Positions 47,776-56,066 of a DNA stretch of 63,854 nucleotides are shown here, in pieces. The notes below the pieces were generated by a model. That model had not been told where the DNA came from and did no database searches. It was given only the letters and a program-made list of their open reading frames with translations. The translations under genes were made by a program, and so were the position numbers. The stretch is from Schleiferiaceae bacterium (lineage in GTDB: Bacteria > Bacteroidota > Bacteroidia > Flavobacteriales > Schleiferiaceae): positions 1-63,854 of the forward strand of contig JBNAAX010000001.1 in assembly GCA_049631665.1 (NCBI GenBank), written 5' to 3'. The first letter of the stretch is position 1; every line of letters begins with the position of its first letter.

Positions 47776-50580
47776 ATGTCCACATTCATCGCGCAAATCG
47801 CGCAAGAGTTGATTTCATCACCCCTGCCGCTGCACCAGCAGATGGTCGTTCTTCCGAACCAACGGGCGGAAATCTTTTTGCGTGAGGCGCTGAAACCGCA
47901 CCTAGAAGGACCGACGCTTCTACCGCTGTTTACAACCGTGGATGGATTTATCTCAAATGCGGGCAACCTTCTGGTGGTCGAGCCGCTCGTTTTACTTATC
48001 GAATTGCACCAGTGCTACAATGAGGCATGGTATGAAGCCTACCCAGACCGTGAACCCGAATCGTTGGGGAGCTTTCTTTCATGGGGACAAACGCTCTTGT
48101 CCGATTTCGAAGAGATCGACCGCTACAAACTCAATCCCGGACATGTACTTGGTGATTTGTACAACGTGCAGAAATTGGCAGAATGGGACCTCGATCCAGA
48201 AAATGAAACGGCCCTTATGGGACGATATTCAGATTTTGTTGCCTTGCTCCCAAGCACCTATGAACGATTTAAAGACGCCTTGTTAGCGCGTGGCGAAGCA
48301 CACAGCGGATTGGCTTCAAGATACCTCAGCGAAAATCTCGAACGCATTGACAGCTACCTCAGTCGCAATGGGGTAAAGAGGGTTTTAGTTGCGGGTCTAA
48401 ATGCTTTGAATACTGCAGAATTAACCATCATAGGCCAGCTAAAAAACCATTGGAACACTACTGTAATGTGGGACCTTGATCCGCATTATGTCGACATGAA
48501 GGAGCACGAAGCTGGGCTCTTTCTGAGGGCTCACAAGAAGCGTCAAAAAATATTCGGAAACGATGTTCCCACCACGAAAAACCGCTCGAGCGACTTTAAA
48601 ATTGTCCCTAAAGAAATCACCCCCGTTGGAGCTTCCAAATATTCTGGACAAGCCAAGACCGTTGCGGCCACCTTGGAACGCTGGGCAGCCCAAGGCGTTC
48701 CCGCCCAAAATATTGTCGTCATTCTTGCTGACGAAACACTTTTAAATCCGGTACTGAGCATCTTGCCCGAATCCTACGACAAGGTCAACATCACCATGGG
48801 ATACCCCTTGGATCAGACAAAGGTTGCGGCGACTGTAAGACTATGGATTGGAGCGGTTGAGTATGCGCTCAAGAATGAGAAATCTGGGAAAAATTGGACC
48901 TATTACCACAGGAGCCTTAGCGCTCTTTTTAGCGACCCCCTCTTCAACAAATATTACTACCTCGGCGAGATAGAAGAAGGGCCTAGGGAATGGAACCAAA
49001 GCATCATTAAAGGAAATAGGGTGTTCACCAGTTCAAAAGAATGGACCAATGAATTGGCCAAAGGGCCGAAAGGGTATCGCCATCTTCTTCAACCTGCACG
49101 CGGCATCTCTGTGCTCGCCTCGATTAAAAAATGGCTCGAGCATGTGGCAGCCCATGAAAAAGGGGATACCATGGTCATCAATACGACGTACAAGATCCAC
49201 ACCTTGCTTGAACAGCTTGAACGCACGCTCGGCAGCACTAAAGTAGATACCCTATCGGTATTGAAGCTGATTAAACAACAACTGCGAAGTGGAACTATTG
49301 ACTTTGTTGGGGAGCCGCTCGAAGGACTTCAAATAATGGGGATTTTGGAATCTCGTACCCTTGACTTTAGCCATGTAATTATGGCCGGAGTTAATGAAGG
49401 GATTTTACCTGCGGGGCGCTCTTTCAACTCGCTCTTGCCCTATGATATCAAACAGACCTACGACCTTCCGACCTACGAGCAGAAGGATGCCATCTTTGCC
49501 TATCACTTTTACAGAATCTTACAACGCTGCTCAGAAGGTGTAATTGTGTACAACACAAACACCGATGCTATGGGCGGCGGAGAGCCTTCACGCTACATCG
49601 TACAGCTGGAGCAGGAACTCCAGCAAGGTGCGTGCACCATACATCCACGAGCTTTCAACAATGGACCAATACACCCTTCCTCTATCGAGGATCACTTTTA
49701 TGCTGAGCGTTCTGATGCCGTGAAAGAAGCCATGGCAGATTGGATGAAGAGAGGTATGAGTGCCACCAGTCTCAATGAGCTCGCTGGACGTCCGCACGAT
49801 TTTTACCAAAAAAGACTGGTTCGCGTTCGAGAGCAAGGCGAAGTAGAAGAAAGTATGTCGGCTCTGGTCATGGGTAACCTCATTCACCACGGTCTAGAAG
49901 AACTGTATAAACCGTTGGTCGGAAAACCCCTACCGGTATTTGATGTTGACGAATGGACCCAGAAAGCCCTCGAATTAGGAATCGAACGCCTCGTTAAAGA
50001 AGGCTATTCTGAATCTGCCTTGTACCAAGGTCGAAATCTGGTCACCTTGGAGGTATGCAAAAAGATGTTGGATCAATTCCTCCATTACGACCTATTACGC
50101 GCGAAAGCAGGAAAAATTATTTTAAAGGGTGTAGAAACAGAGCTGGAATTCGAGATGCAGCATCCTTCTCTAGATCTTCCATTGAAGTTTGTGGGTAAGG
50201 TAGACCGCATAGAAATGAACGATGGTAGACTAAACGTATGGGACTATAAAACAGGGCGAATGAAGCCTTCCGAGCTCAGCTTGAGTACGTGGGAGGATTT
50301 ATGGAACGGTAAAAAACCTAAGGCGCTTCAATGCTTGTTATACGCTTGGCTGCTTTGGAAAAGCGGAGCAGCCACTTCACCTCTGCCTTGGCGCATAGGC
50401 ATGTATAAAATGCAAAGCCCGCAGCCCGAGTCTTTGCTCCGAGGCGGGGCCTTTAACGGTCAAGTTTTAGAAGAACAAGACCTCATCGAATTTGAACACC
50501 AATTGATGGAATTCCTGGTCAGTCAATTATCTTCAGATGAACCGTTCGTGGAACCTCCACCAAAAGACTTCTACTCATGA
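47776..50580 (+). CDS. AddB-like PD-(D/E)XK nuclease family protein (helicase-like body without a Walker A motif)
   Basis: 934 aa. C-terminal RecB-type nuclease motif GKVDRIE...LNVWDYKTG. I found no GxGKT/S in the N-terminal region. Confidence 0.7.
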   Translation: MSTFIAQIAQELISSPLPLHQQMVVLPNQRAEIFLREALKPHLEGPTLLPLFTTVDGFISNAGNLLVVEPLVLLIELHQCYNEAWYEAYPDREPESLGSFLSWGQTLLSDFEEIDRYKLNPGHVLGDLYNVQKLAEWDLDPENETALMGRYSDFVALLPSTYERFKDALLARGEAHSGLASRYLSENLERIDSYLSRNGVKRVLVAGLNALNTAELTIIGQLKNHWNTTVMWDLDPHYVDMKEHEAGLFLRAHKKRQKIFGNDVPTTKNRSSDFKIVPKEITPVGASKYSGQAKTVAATLERWAAQGVPAQNIVVILADETLLNPVLSILPESYDKVNITMGYPLDQTKVAATVRLWIGAVEYALKNEKSGKNWTYYHRSLSALFSDPLFNKYYYLGEIEEGPREWNQSIIKGNRVFTSSKEWTNELAKGPKGYRHLLQPARGISVLASIKKWLEHVAAHEKGDTMVINTTYKIHTLLEQLERTLGSTKVDTLSVLKLIKQQLRSGTIDFVGEPLEGLQIMGILESRTLDFSHVIMAGVNEGILPAGRSFNSLLPYDIKQTYDLPTYEQKDAIFAYHFYRILQRCSEGVIVYNTNTDAMGGGEPSRYIVQLEQELQQGACTIHPRAFNNGPIHPSSIEDHFYAERSDAVKEAMADWMKRGMSATSLNELAGRPHDFYQKRLVRVREQGEVEESMSALVMGNLIHHGLEELYKPLVGKPLPVFDVDEWTQKALELGIERLVKEGYSESALYQGRNLVTLEVCKKMLDQFLHYDLLRAKAGKIILKGVETELEFEMQHPSLDLPLKFVGKVDRIEMNDGRLNVWDYKTGRMKPSELSLSTWEDLWNGKKPKALQCLLYAWLLWKSGAATSPLPWRIGMYKMQSPQPESLLRGGAFNGQVLEEQDLIEFEHQLMEFLVSQLSSDEPFVEPPPKDFYS

Positions 50581-51533
50581 GCAGTATCACTTCACTTAAC
50601 GCTGTCCCCTCAGCGGCAGATATCCAAGCTGCAGCAGAGCGCATTGCACCCTATGTATCAAGAACTCCGGTTCTTAAAGCGCCAAGGTTTAACCATCTAG
50701 CTAATGGTGATTTCTATTTGAAATGCGAGCACCTCCAAATGACCGGTGCCTTTAAAGCTAGAGGTGCCATGAATACGGTACTCGTGCACAAGGAGGAAGC
50801 CTTAGAAAATGGCGTACTCACCCACAGCTCAGGAAACCATGGTGCAGCCCTAAGCTGGGCAGCAGCACAGATTGGTGCTAAGGCCTATGTAGTAATGCCC
50901 TCGAACGCGCCAAAGGCGAAAATTGCATCGGTGGAATACTATGGAGGTATAGTTACTTTTTGTGCCCCCACCCTTGAGGCTCGAGAGACTACAGCGGAAC
51001 AAGTGCGTAGGGATACTCGGGCGCTATTGATACACCCCTACGACGACTACAATATCATTGCTGGACAGGCTACGGCGACGTATGAACTGCTTCAGGAGCA
51101 TCCGGATCTCGATAAGATTTTTGTGCCTGTTGGTGGAGGCGGACTCCTTGCTGGAGCAGCATTGGCCAATAACTATTTTGGTAAGGCCAAGGTTATAGGT
51201 TGTGAGCCCACTATTGCCGACGATGCCTTTAAAAGTTTTTCCTCTGGAACATGGACCCCTGCAAAATCTACAGATACCATAGCAGACGGTCTGAAAACAT
51301 CTTTAGGGCATAAAAATTTCCCCATTATTGAAGAGCATGTAGACAGCATCACATTGCTCACAGAAGATGAGATTCAGGAGGGCTGGCACACCTGTTTGGA
51401 GACCATCAAACAATTCATTGAGCCTTCTGCAGGAACGGGAATTGCGGCCGCGATGCGCGAAGAAACCCATGGTAAAACAGGAATAATACTTTGTGGCGGC
51501 AACATGGATGTACGTGGATTTACGCTACGATAA
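50577..51533 (+). CDS. PLP-dependent serine/threonine dehydratase family enzyme (serine racemase / threo-3-hydroxyaspartate lyase-like)
   Basis: 318 aa. PLP-Lys motif TGAFKARGAMN, HSSGNHG, and phosphate loop GGGGL. Lacks an ACT regulatory domain. Confidence 0.85.
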   Translation: MSSITSLNAVPSAADIQAAAERIAPYVSRTPVLKAPRFNHLANGDFYLKCEHLQMTGAFKARGAMNTVLVHKEEALENGVLTHSSGNHGAALSWAAAQIGAKAYVVMPSNAPKAKIASVEYYGGIVTFCAPTLEARETTAEQVRRDTRALLIHPYDDYNIIAGQATATYELLQEHPDLDKIFVPVGGGGLLAGAALANNYFGKAKVIGCEPTIADDAFKSFSSGTWTPAKSTDTIADGLKTSLGHKNFPIIEEHVDSITLLTEDEIQEGWHTCLETIKQFIEPSAGTGIAAAMREETHGKTGIILCGGNMDVRGFTLR

Positions 51534-51600
51534 ATTCATAAACTCTACGATAAGTCAAAATGCAATACTGCGCTCATTACCGCTAGATTTACGGCAACAA

Positions 51601-51617
51601 TAAACCCCGAGGGTTTA
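51601..51617. terminator. Short hairpin between convergent genes (weak terminator candidate)
   Basis: taaaccc, loop cga, gggttta. It lies immediately downstream of the kinase stop on the minus strand and lacks a clean T-run. Confidence 0.25.
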
Positions 51618-51618
51618 A

Positions 51619-53352
51619 TCAAACCAATCTAGAAGGCATCGTGAGTTTCACGGTGCTTTTTCTTTTTCCAAAATCTGTTTCAAGGCGCCAAAGCTCAGAA
51701 CGAATACTTTTCGCTCTATTGAATTCGATACGCTCTTGAACTAGTGCGAGTCCACTTCCTGTGCCAGGCACACGCTCAAGGAAGCCGTATCCTGAATCTT
51801 CTACCATAATAATCAGGGCATCTCCCTTTGTCCGGGCAGTGAGCTTGATCCAAGAGTTGTGCTCGGAGGCATTACCCGCATACTTGTAACTATTTTCTAC
51901 TAGAGGCTGTAGCAAACCACCAGGGATTTTAACATCGCCTGAAATGTCGTCCAATTCTACTTCAAATTTCACATGTGCGAAGCTGCTCTTCTGTTGAAGG
52001 GCTACATAGTTCTCGATACGCTTAAACTCTGAACGAACCTTAGTGCTTTCCACTTCGGAATTCTCCAAAGTACTCCGAAGATGTACACTAAGAAGTCCTA
52101 TATACTCTTGCGCCTCTTCCCATTTCTCCTGGCTGATAAATCCATTGACATTGTTCAACTGATTGAACAAGAAATGCGGACGAATACGGTTTTTGTAGTT
52201 GGCCAAAAGGATGTTCGAATCCTGCTTTTCAATCTTAGCTTGATTGGCCGAATTCTGCGTTCGAAAAAAGATGACCAATACTAAGATGAGTAGTAAAGCT
52301 GCGAACAAGGCAACGGTGTAAGAAATTTGGCGCGAAACTTCTCGGCTTCGTTGGGCCGCTGCTTCACGCTTCGAACGTTCAAATTCATATCCTAAAATCT
52401 CTTGTTTCAGCGCTTCCTTTTCTTCAAGGTTTTTAATCAATACTTCGGTCAATCGTTGAGAAGCTACTTCGGAAGTCTCATTTAAAACTTCCGCCTCGTT
52501 AGAATTACGAACCTTGTAGGCAAGGGACCAAAGTTTGTTTTCTTCTGCGAACGCCAAGCACGTTCTGATTCCCTCATCTGACAACGCGCCGATATCCAAT
52601 GCTCTTTCATATACGTGCTGCTTGTCCACGACATTGGGCACACCATCTAGGGTTGCTAAAGATTGCTTCATTAACGAAAGGCCTCGATTGACGTAACGCG
52701 TATTTTGTTCAATATCATCAATGAATCCCGGCCTTAAAGGGTCTTGAACCTCCAAACTATTGTCGCGCTCAATATCCTGTAATCCTAAATAGTAATACGC
52801 AGCACCTAGAACGGCTTTTGCCTCTGAGACATTGAAGCCCTCTGCCTCAAATTCACCCACCAATCGCTCCTCGATTTCAATGACTTGTTCGTATTCTCCA
52901 GCATCTAGCAAGTACGTGGCGTAATTCCCCTCGTAGGTTCTTTTGGAGGTTCCCGTGCCTAAACCGATGGCCTTCAAAGAGAAGTCCGTCACCGTAGTAA
53001 TGTCTAATCCTAGGTTCCAATAAATATGCGCCTTGAGGTAATACAGCTTTGGTTTTAGCGCTTCAATATTGCACTGAACAATGAGATCCTCTGCCTTACT
53101 AAGGTGGTCCAGTGCCGACACAAAACGGTATTCCGCTACGTCGTATTGACAGAGGTAAATGGAACCCCAAGCTGCCTTATACTCATTGCTGCTTTCACTT
53201 AATTTTCTAAGAAGCTTTCGACGTTCATTAAAATTATCGGTCAGTTCAATGGTGACCAATTCTGCCGGGCGCTCTTGAGTTTCCTGACAAGCGAATAGAA
53301 GCAATGCCAAGCAACATAGGGCCCAATTCTTAAGGTTCGATGCCCAATTCAT
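51619..53352 (-). CDS. LytS/YehU-type sensor histidine kinase with an extracytoplasmic TPR-like sensor region
   Basis: 577 aa. Signal/lipoprotein-like N-terminus (LLLFAC), a ~330-aa helical-repeat region, a single TM (ISYTVALFAALLLILVLVIFF), the His_kinase motif RPHFLFNQLN, and the HATPase motif LLQPLVENSYKYA. Confidence 0.85.
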   Translation of the reverse strand: MNWASNLKNWALCCLALLLFACQETQERPAELVTIELTDNFNERRKLLRKLSESSNEYKAAWGSIYLCQYDVAEYRFVSALDHLSKAEDLIVQCNIEALKPKLYYLKAHIYWNLGLDITTVTDFSLKAIGLGTGTSKRTYEGNYATYLLDAGEYEQVIEIEERLVGEFEAEGFNVSEAKAVLGAAYYYLGLQDIERDNSLEVQDPLRPGFIDDIEQNTRYVNRGLSLMKQSLATLDGVPNVVDKQHVYERALDIGALSDEGIRTCLAFAEENKLWSLAYKVRNSNEAEVLNETSEVASQRLTEVLIKNLEEKEALKQEILGYEFERSKREAAAQRSREVSRQISYTVALFAALLLILVLVIFFRTQNSANQAKIEKQDSNILLANYKNRIRPHFLFNQLNNVNGFISQEKWEEAQEYIGLLSVHLRSTLENSEVESTKVRSEFKRIENYVALQQKSSFAHVKFEVELDDISGDVKIPGGLLQPLVENSYKYAGNASEHNSWIKLTARTKGDALIIMVEDSGYGFLERVPGTGSGLALVQERIEFNRAKSIRSELWRLETDFGKRKSTVKLTMPSRLV

Positions 53353-54022
53353 CTAACCTGGCTTTTGAAGCATCGACCACCTCATTGTTCGTCAATACCA
53401 TTTTGGGTCGTGCACCCCATTGAATTTCCTTTACCGCATCACTTCGAACAATGATGCTTTTGTGTACACGTAAGAATCGATCACTAAGTCCTTCAGAGAA
53501 GCTTTTGAGTGTTCTTGCGACCAATCGCGTTTCTCCATTTTCGAGAATAACGTTCGTATAGTTTCGCTGGCCTGAGAGCATAACAATAGCACTCTCTTTA
53601 ACGAGCTGATAAGAACCTTTGAACGGGAGTTTTACGTTGAGTTCTTCAAAGAGCGGTACCGGATCTAAATCTGAAATTTTATTCAAACACTGCTGTAAAC
53701 GAGATTTGATTACGGGCTTGAGGATGTAATCCACGGCAGTTTCGAAAGCATCAAGACTGTAATGGCTGTGTGCCGTTACAAAGACAATATTTCCTACATA
53801 AGCTTTGATCTGATGAGCAACGTCTAAACCCAAAGCGCCTGGCATCTCCATGTCTAGAAAGACCAAACCGGGCTTTGATTCCTTGCACCATTCTACAAAA
53901 GGCTGCGCATACATGAAACCTTGTACCTCAACTTCCGGTACCAACTTTTCAAGCTGAGAAACTAGTCCGTCAACGGCAATACGCTCGTCGTCTACAACGC
54001 CAATTTTTTCGAGTCTTCTCAT
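53330..54022 (-). CDS. LytTR-family response regulator
   Basis: 230 aa. Receiver domain (VVDDE, phospho-Asp in VFLDMEMPG, K in ILKP) plus a C-terminal LytTR DNA-binding domain (F.RVHKS.IV). Confidence 0.9.
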   Translation of the reverse strand: MRRLEKIGVVDDERIAVDGLVSQLEKLVPEVEVQGFMYAQPFVEWCKESKPGLVFLDMEMPGALGLDVAHQIKAYVGNIVFVTAHSHYSLDAFETAVDYILKPVIKSRLQQCLNKISDLDPVPLFEELNVKLPFKGSYQLVKESAIVMLSGQRNYTNVILENGETRLVARTLKSFSEGLSDRFLRVHKSIIVRSDAVKEIQWGARPKMVLTNNEVVDASKARLDELGIEP

Positions 54023-54615
54023 TTCTTATAGCCTTCCATCATGCGAGCAACATATTTCCCGATGACATCAAACTCTAAGTTAACTCTATCTCCCTTACGT
54101 AGGGTATGGAATACCGTGTTTTCATAGGTGTAAGGAATAATGGCTACACTAAACCCGCTTTCCACAGAATTAACTACCGTCAAAGAAGTCCCATTGACAG
54201 TAATCGACCCTTTCTCTACGGTTACATTGCCGAGGGAAGGATCATAGGAAAATGAATAGATCCAAGAGCCGTCTTGTTCTTCGACACCCTCACATACACC
54301 AATCTGATCCACATGGCCTTGAACGATGTGTCCATCAAGGCGCGCTCCCATGGTCATGCAGCGTTCAATATTGATTTTATCGCCCTCTTTTAAATCGCCA
54401 ATATTGGTTTTAGCGATGGTCTCGTCAATCGCAGTGACTCTGTAGGTGCGGTCGCCAAAGATCTCAACGACCGTCAAACAAATCCCGTTGTGTGCCACAC
54501 TCTGGTCAATTTTCAACTCAGAAGCCAAGCTAGATTCAACGTACAATTCGAGATTCGTTTGGTGCTTTTCTACCTTAGCTACAGTGCCTAAATTTTCAAT
54601 AATTCCGGTAAACAT
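54019..54615 (-). CDS. ribE: Riboflavin synthase
   Basis: 198 aa. MFTGIIE start and two internal repeats (G.S.A..G.CLTV / GSITVNGTSLTV). Confidence 0.93.
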   Translation of the reverse strand: MFTGIIENLGTVAKVEKHQTNLELYVESSLASELKIDQSVAHNGICLTVVEIFGDRTYRVTAIDETIAKTNIGDLKEGDKINIERCMTMGARLDGHIVQGHVDQIGVCEGVEEQDGSWIYSFSYDPSLGNVTVEKGSITVNGTSLTVVNSVESGFSVAIIPYTYENTVFHTLRKGDRVNLEFDVIGKYVARMMEGYKK

Positions 54616-54645
54616 GGAGTGCTTCTTTATGGTTGGTTAAAATAG

Positions 54646-54653
54646 TACATTTG
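54646..54653 (+). promoter_or_regulatory. Bacteroidota -7 promoter box for pepA-pdxA
   Basis: Perfect TAnnTTTG (tacatttg), 18 nt upstream of the ATG at 54672. Confidence 0.5.
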
Positions 54654-54671
54654 ACAGATAATCGATTTCCT

Positions 54672-56066
54672 ATGAACATCACTACCTATACTCCTGATTA
54701 CAACGGCCCAGTGGCAATTGTTTACAAAAAAGGAGATAGCCTAAGCATATCAGAAACTCTTCAGAACCGCCTTGACGCTTATGCCGCCAAATTCGAAGAA
54801 AGTTGGATGGAATTACAAGACGGGTCAACCACTGTTTGGGCCTTCCAACTCACCAAAGAACTCGAAGCCAATGAGCGTGCGGAAAAAATGCGTCTTGCAG
54901 GAAACAGCCTTGCACTCAAAGTAAACGGTCTTGGCTTGGACCGCATAAAACTCGAAGGTCCTTTTCAAGCCGAAGTGAGCGAGGGAGCTGTTTTGGGTAA
55001 TTACCAGTTTCTAAAGTTTTTTAGTGATGCACATAAGCGACGTAACAGCCTTGTTCAAATTCAAGTTGAGGATGAAAACGCGGAGGACATCCAACGCATC
55101 AAAAACTCAACACTTGGAACATTGTTGGCTCGTGACCTCGTAAACCGTCCAGTGATTGACCTCACTGCAACGAAACTCGCCGAAGAGGCAAAAGCAGCAG
55201 GAAAGCGTCACGGATTCTCGGTTGAGGTTTTGGAGAAGAAGCAAATTGAAAGCCTCAAGATGGGTGGGTTACTCGGAGTGAACTACGGCTCTGTTGAACC
55301 GCCAACATTTACCATCATGGAGTATAAAGGCGAAGGTGCCTCAAACCAGCAACCTGTAGTTCTAGTCGGAAAAGGTGTTGTTTACGATACTGGTGGCCTA
55401 AGCTTGAAACCAAGCAACTTCATGGACACCATGAAAAGTGATATGGGCGGTGCAGCGGCAGTAATCGGTACGATGAGTGCCATCGCTGAAGCAAAACTTC
55501 CTGTTCATGTAGTAGGTCTAGTACCTGCTACGGATAACCGCCCAGGCAAAAACGCAGTAACGCCAGGAGATGTAATCACCATATCAGACGGGACAACTGT
55601 TGAGGTATTGAATACAGATGCTGAGGGCCGATTAATTCTGTCTGATGCCCTGGTGTATGCCAAACGATACAACCCTGAGTTAGTCATCGATCTTGCAACG
55701 CTTACCGGTGCTGCAGCTAGAGCAATTGGCCGCTATGCCATCGTAGGAATGGGGAATGCGCCAAAAGAAAAAATGGAGGCCTTACAAACCAGTGGATTCA
55801 AAACTCGAGAGCGCGTCGTGGAATTTCCTTTCTGGGACGAATACAAGGACCTTTTGAAAAGTCCTATTGCAGACCTCAAAAATATCGGCGGCCCTGAAGC
55901 AGGAGCAATCACTGCAGGTAAATTTTTAGAACACTTCACAGATTATCCATACATCCACCTAGATATTGCGGGTCCTGCTCATTTGGGCAAGCGTGTTGGC
56001 TACCAAGTAGAAGGGGGTACAGGAATCGGGGTTCGTTTATTGTATGATTTCTTAAGCAACTACTAA
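54672..56066 (+). CDS. pepA: Leucyl aminopeptidase (M17)
   Basis: Signature VLNTDAEGRLIL, plus VGKGV.YDTGG.SLKP and MK.DM.GAA. I prefer the ATG at 54672 because the TTG at 54633 lies upstream of the -7 box. Confidence 0.88.
   Translation: MNITTYTPDYNGPVAIVYKKGDSLSISETLQNRLDAYAAKFEESWMELQDGSTTVWAFQLTKELEANERAEKMRLAGNSLALKVNGLGLDRIKLEGPFQAEVSEGAVLGNYQFLKFFSDAHKRRNSLVQIQVEDENAEDIQRIKNSTLGTLLARDLVNRPVIDLTATKLAEEAKAAGKRHGFSVEVLEKKQIESLKMGGLLGVNYGSVEPPTFTIMEYKGEGASNQQPVVLVGKGVVYDTGGLSLKPSNFMDTMKSDMGGAAAVIGTMSAIAEAKLPVHVVGLVPATDNRPGKNAVTPGDVITISDGTTVEVLNTDAEGRLILSDALVYAKRYNPELVIDLATLTGAAARAIGRYAIVGMGNAPKEKMEALQTSGFKTRERVVEFPFWDEYKDLLKSPIADLKNIGGPEAGAITAGKFLEHFTDYPYIHLDIAGPAHLGKRVGYQVEGGTGIGVRLLYDFLSNY

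Noticed and set aside
54616-54671. Possible FMN riboswitch upstream of ribE
   Set aside because: The divergent intergenic region is only 56 nt, far too short for an FMN aptamer.
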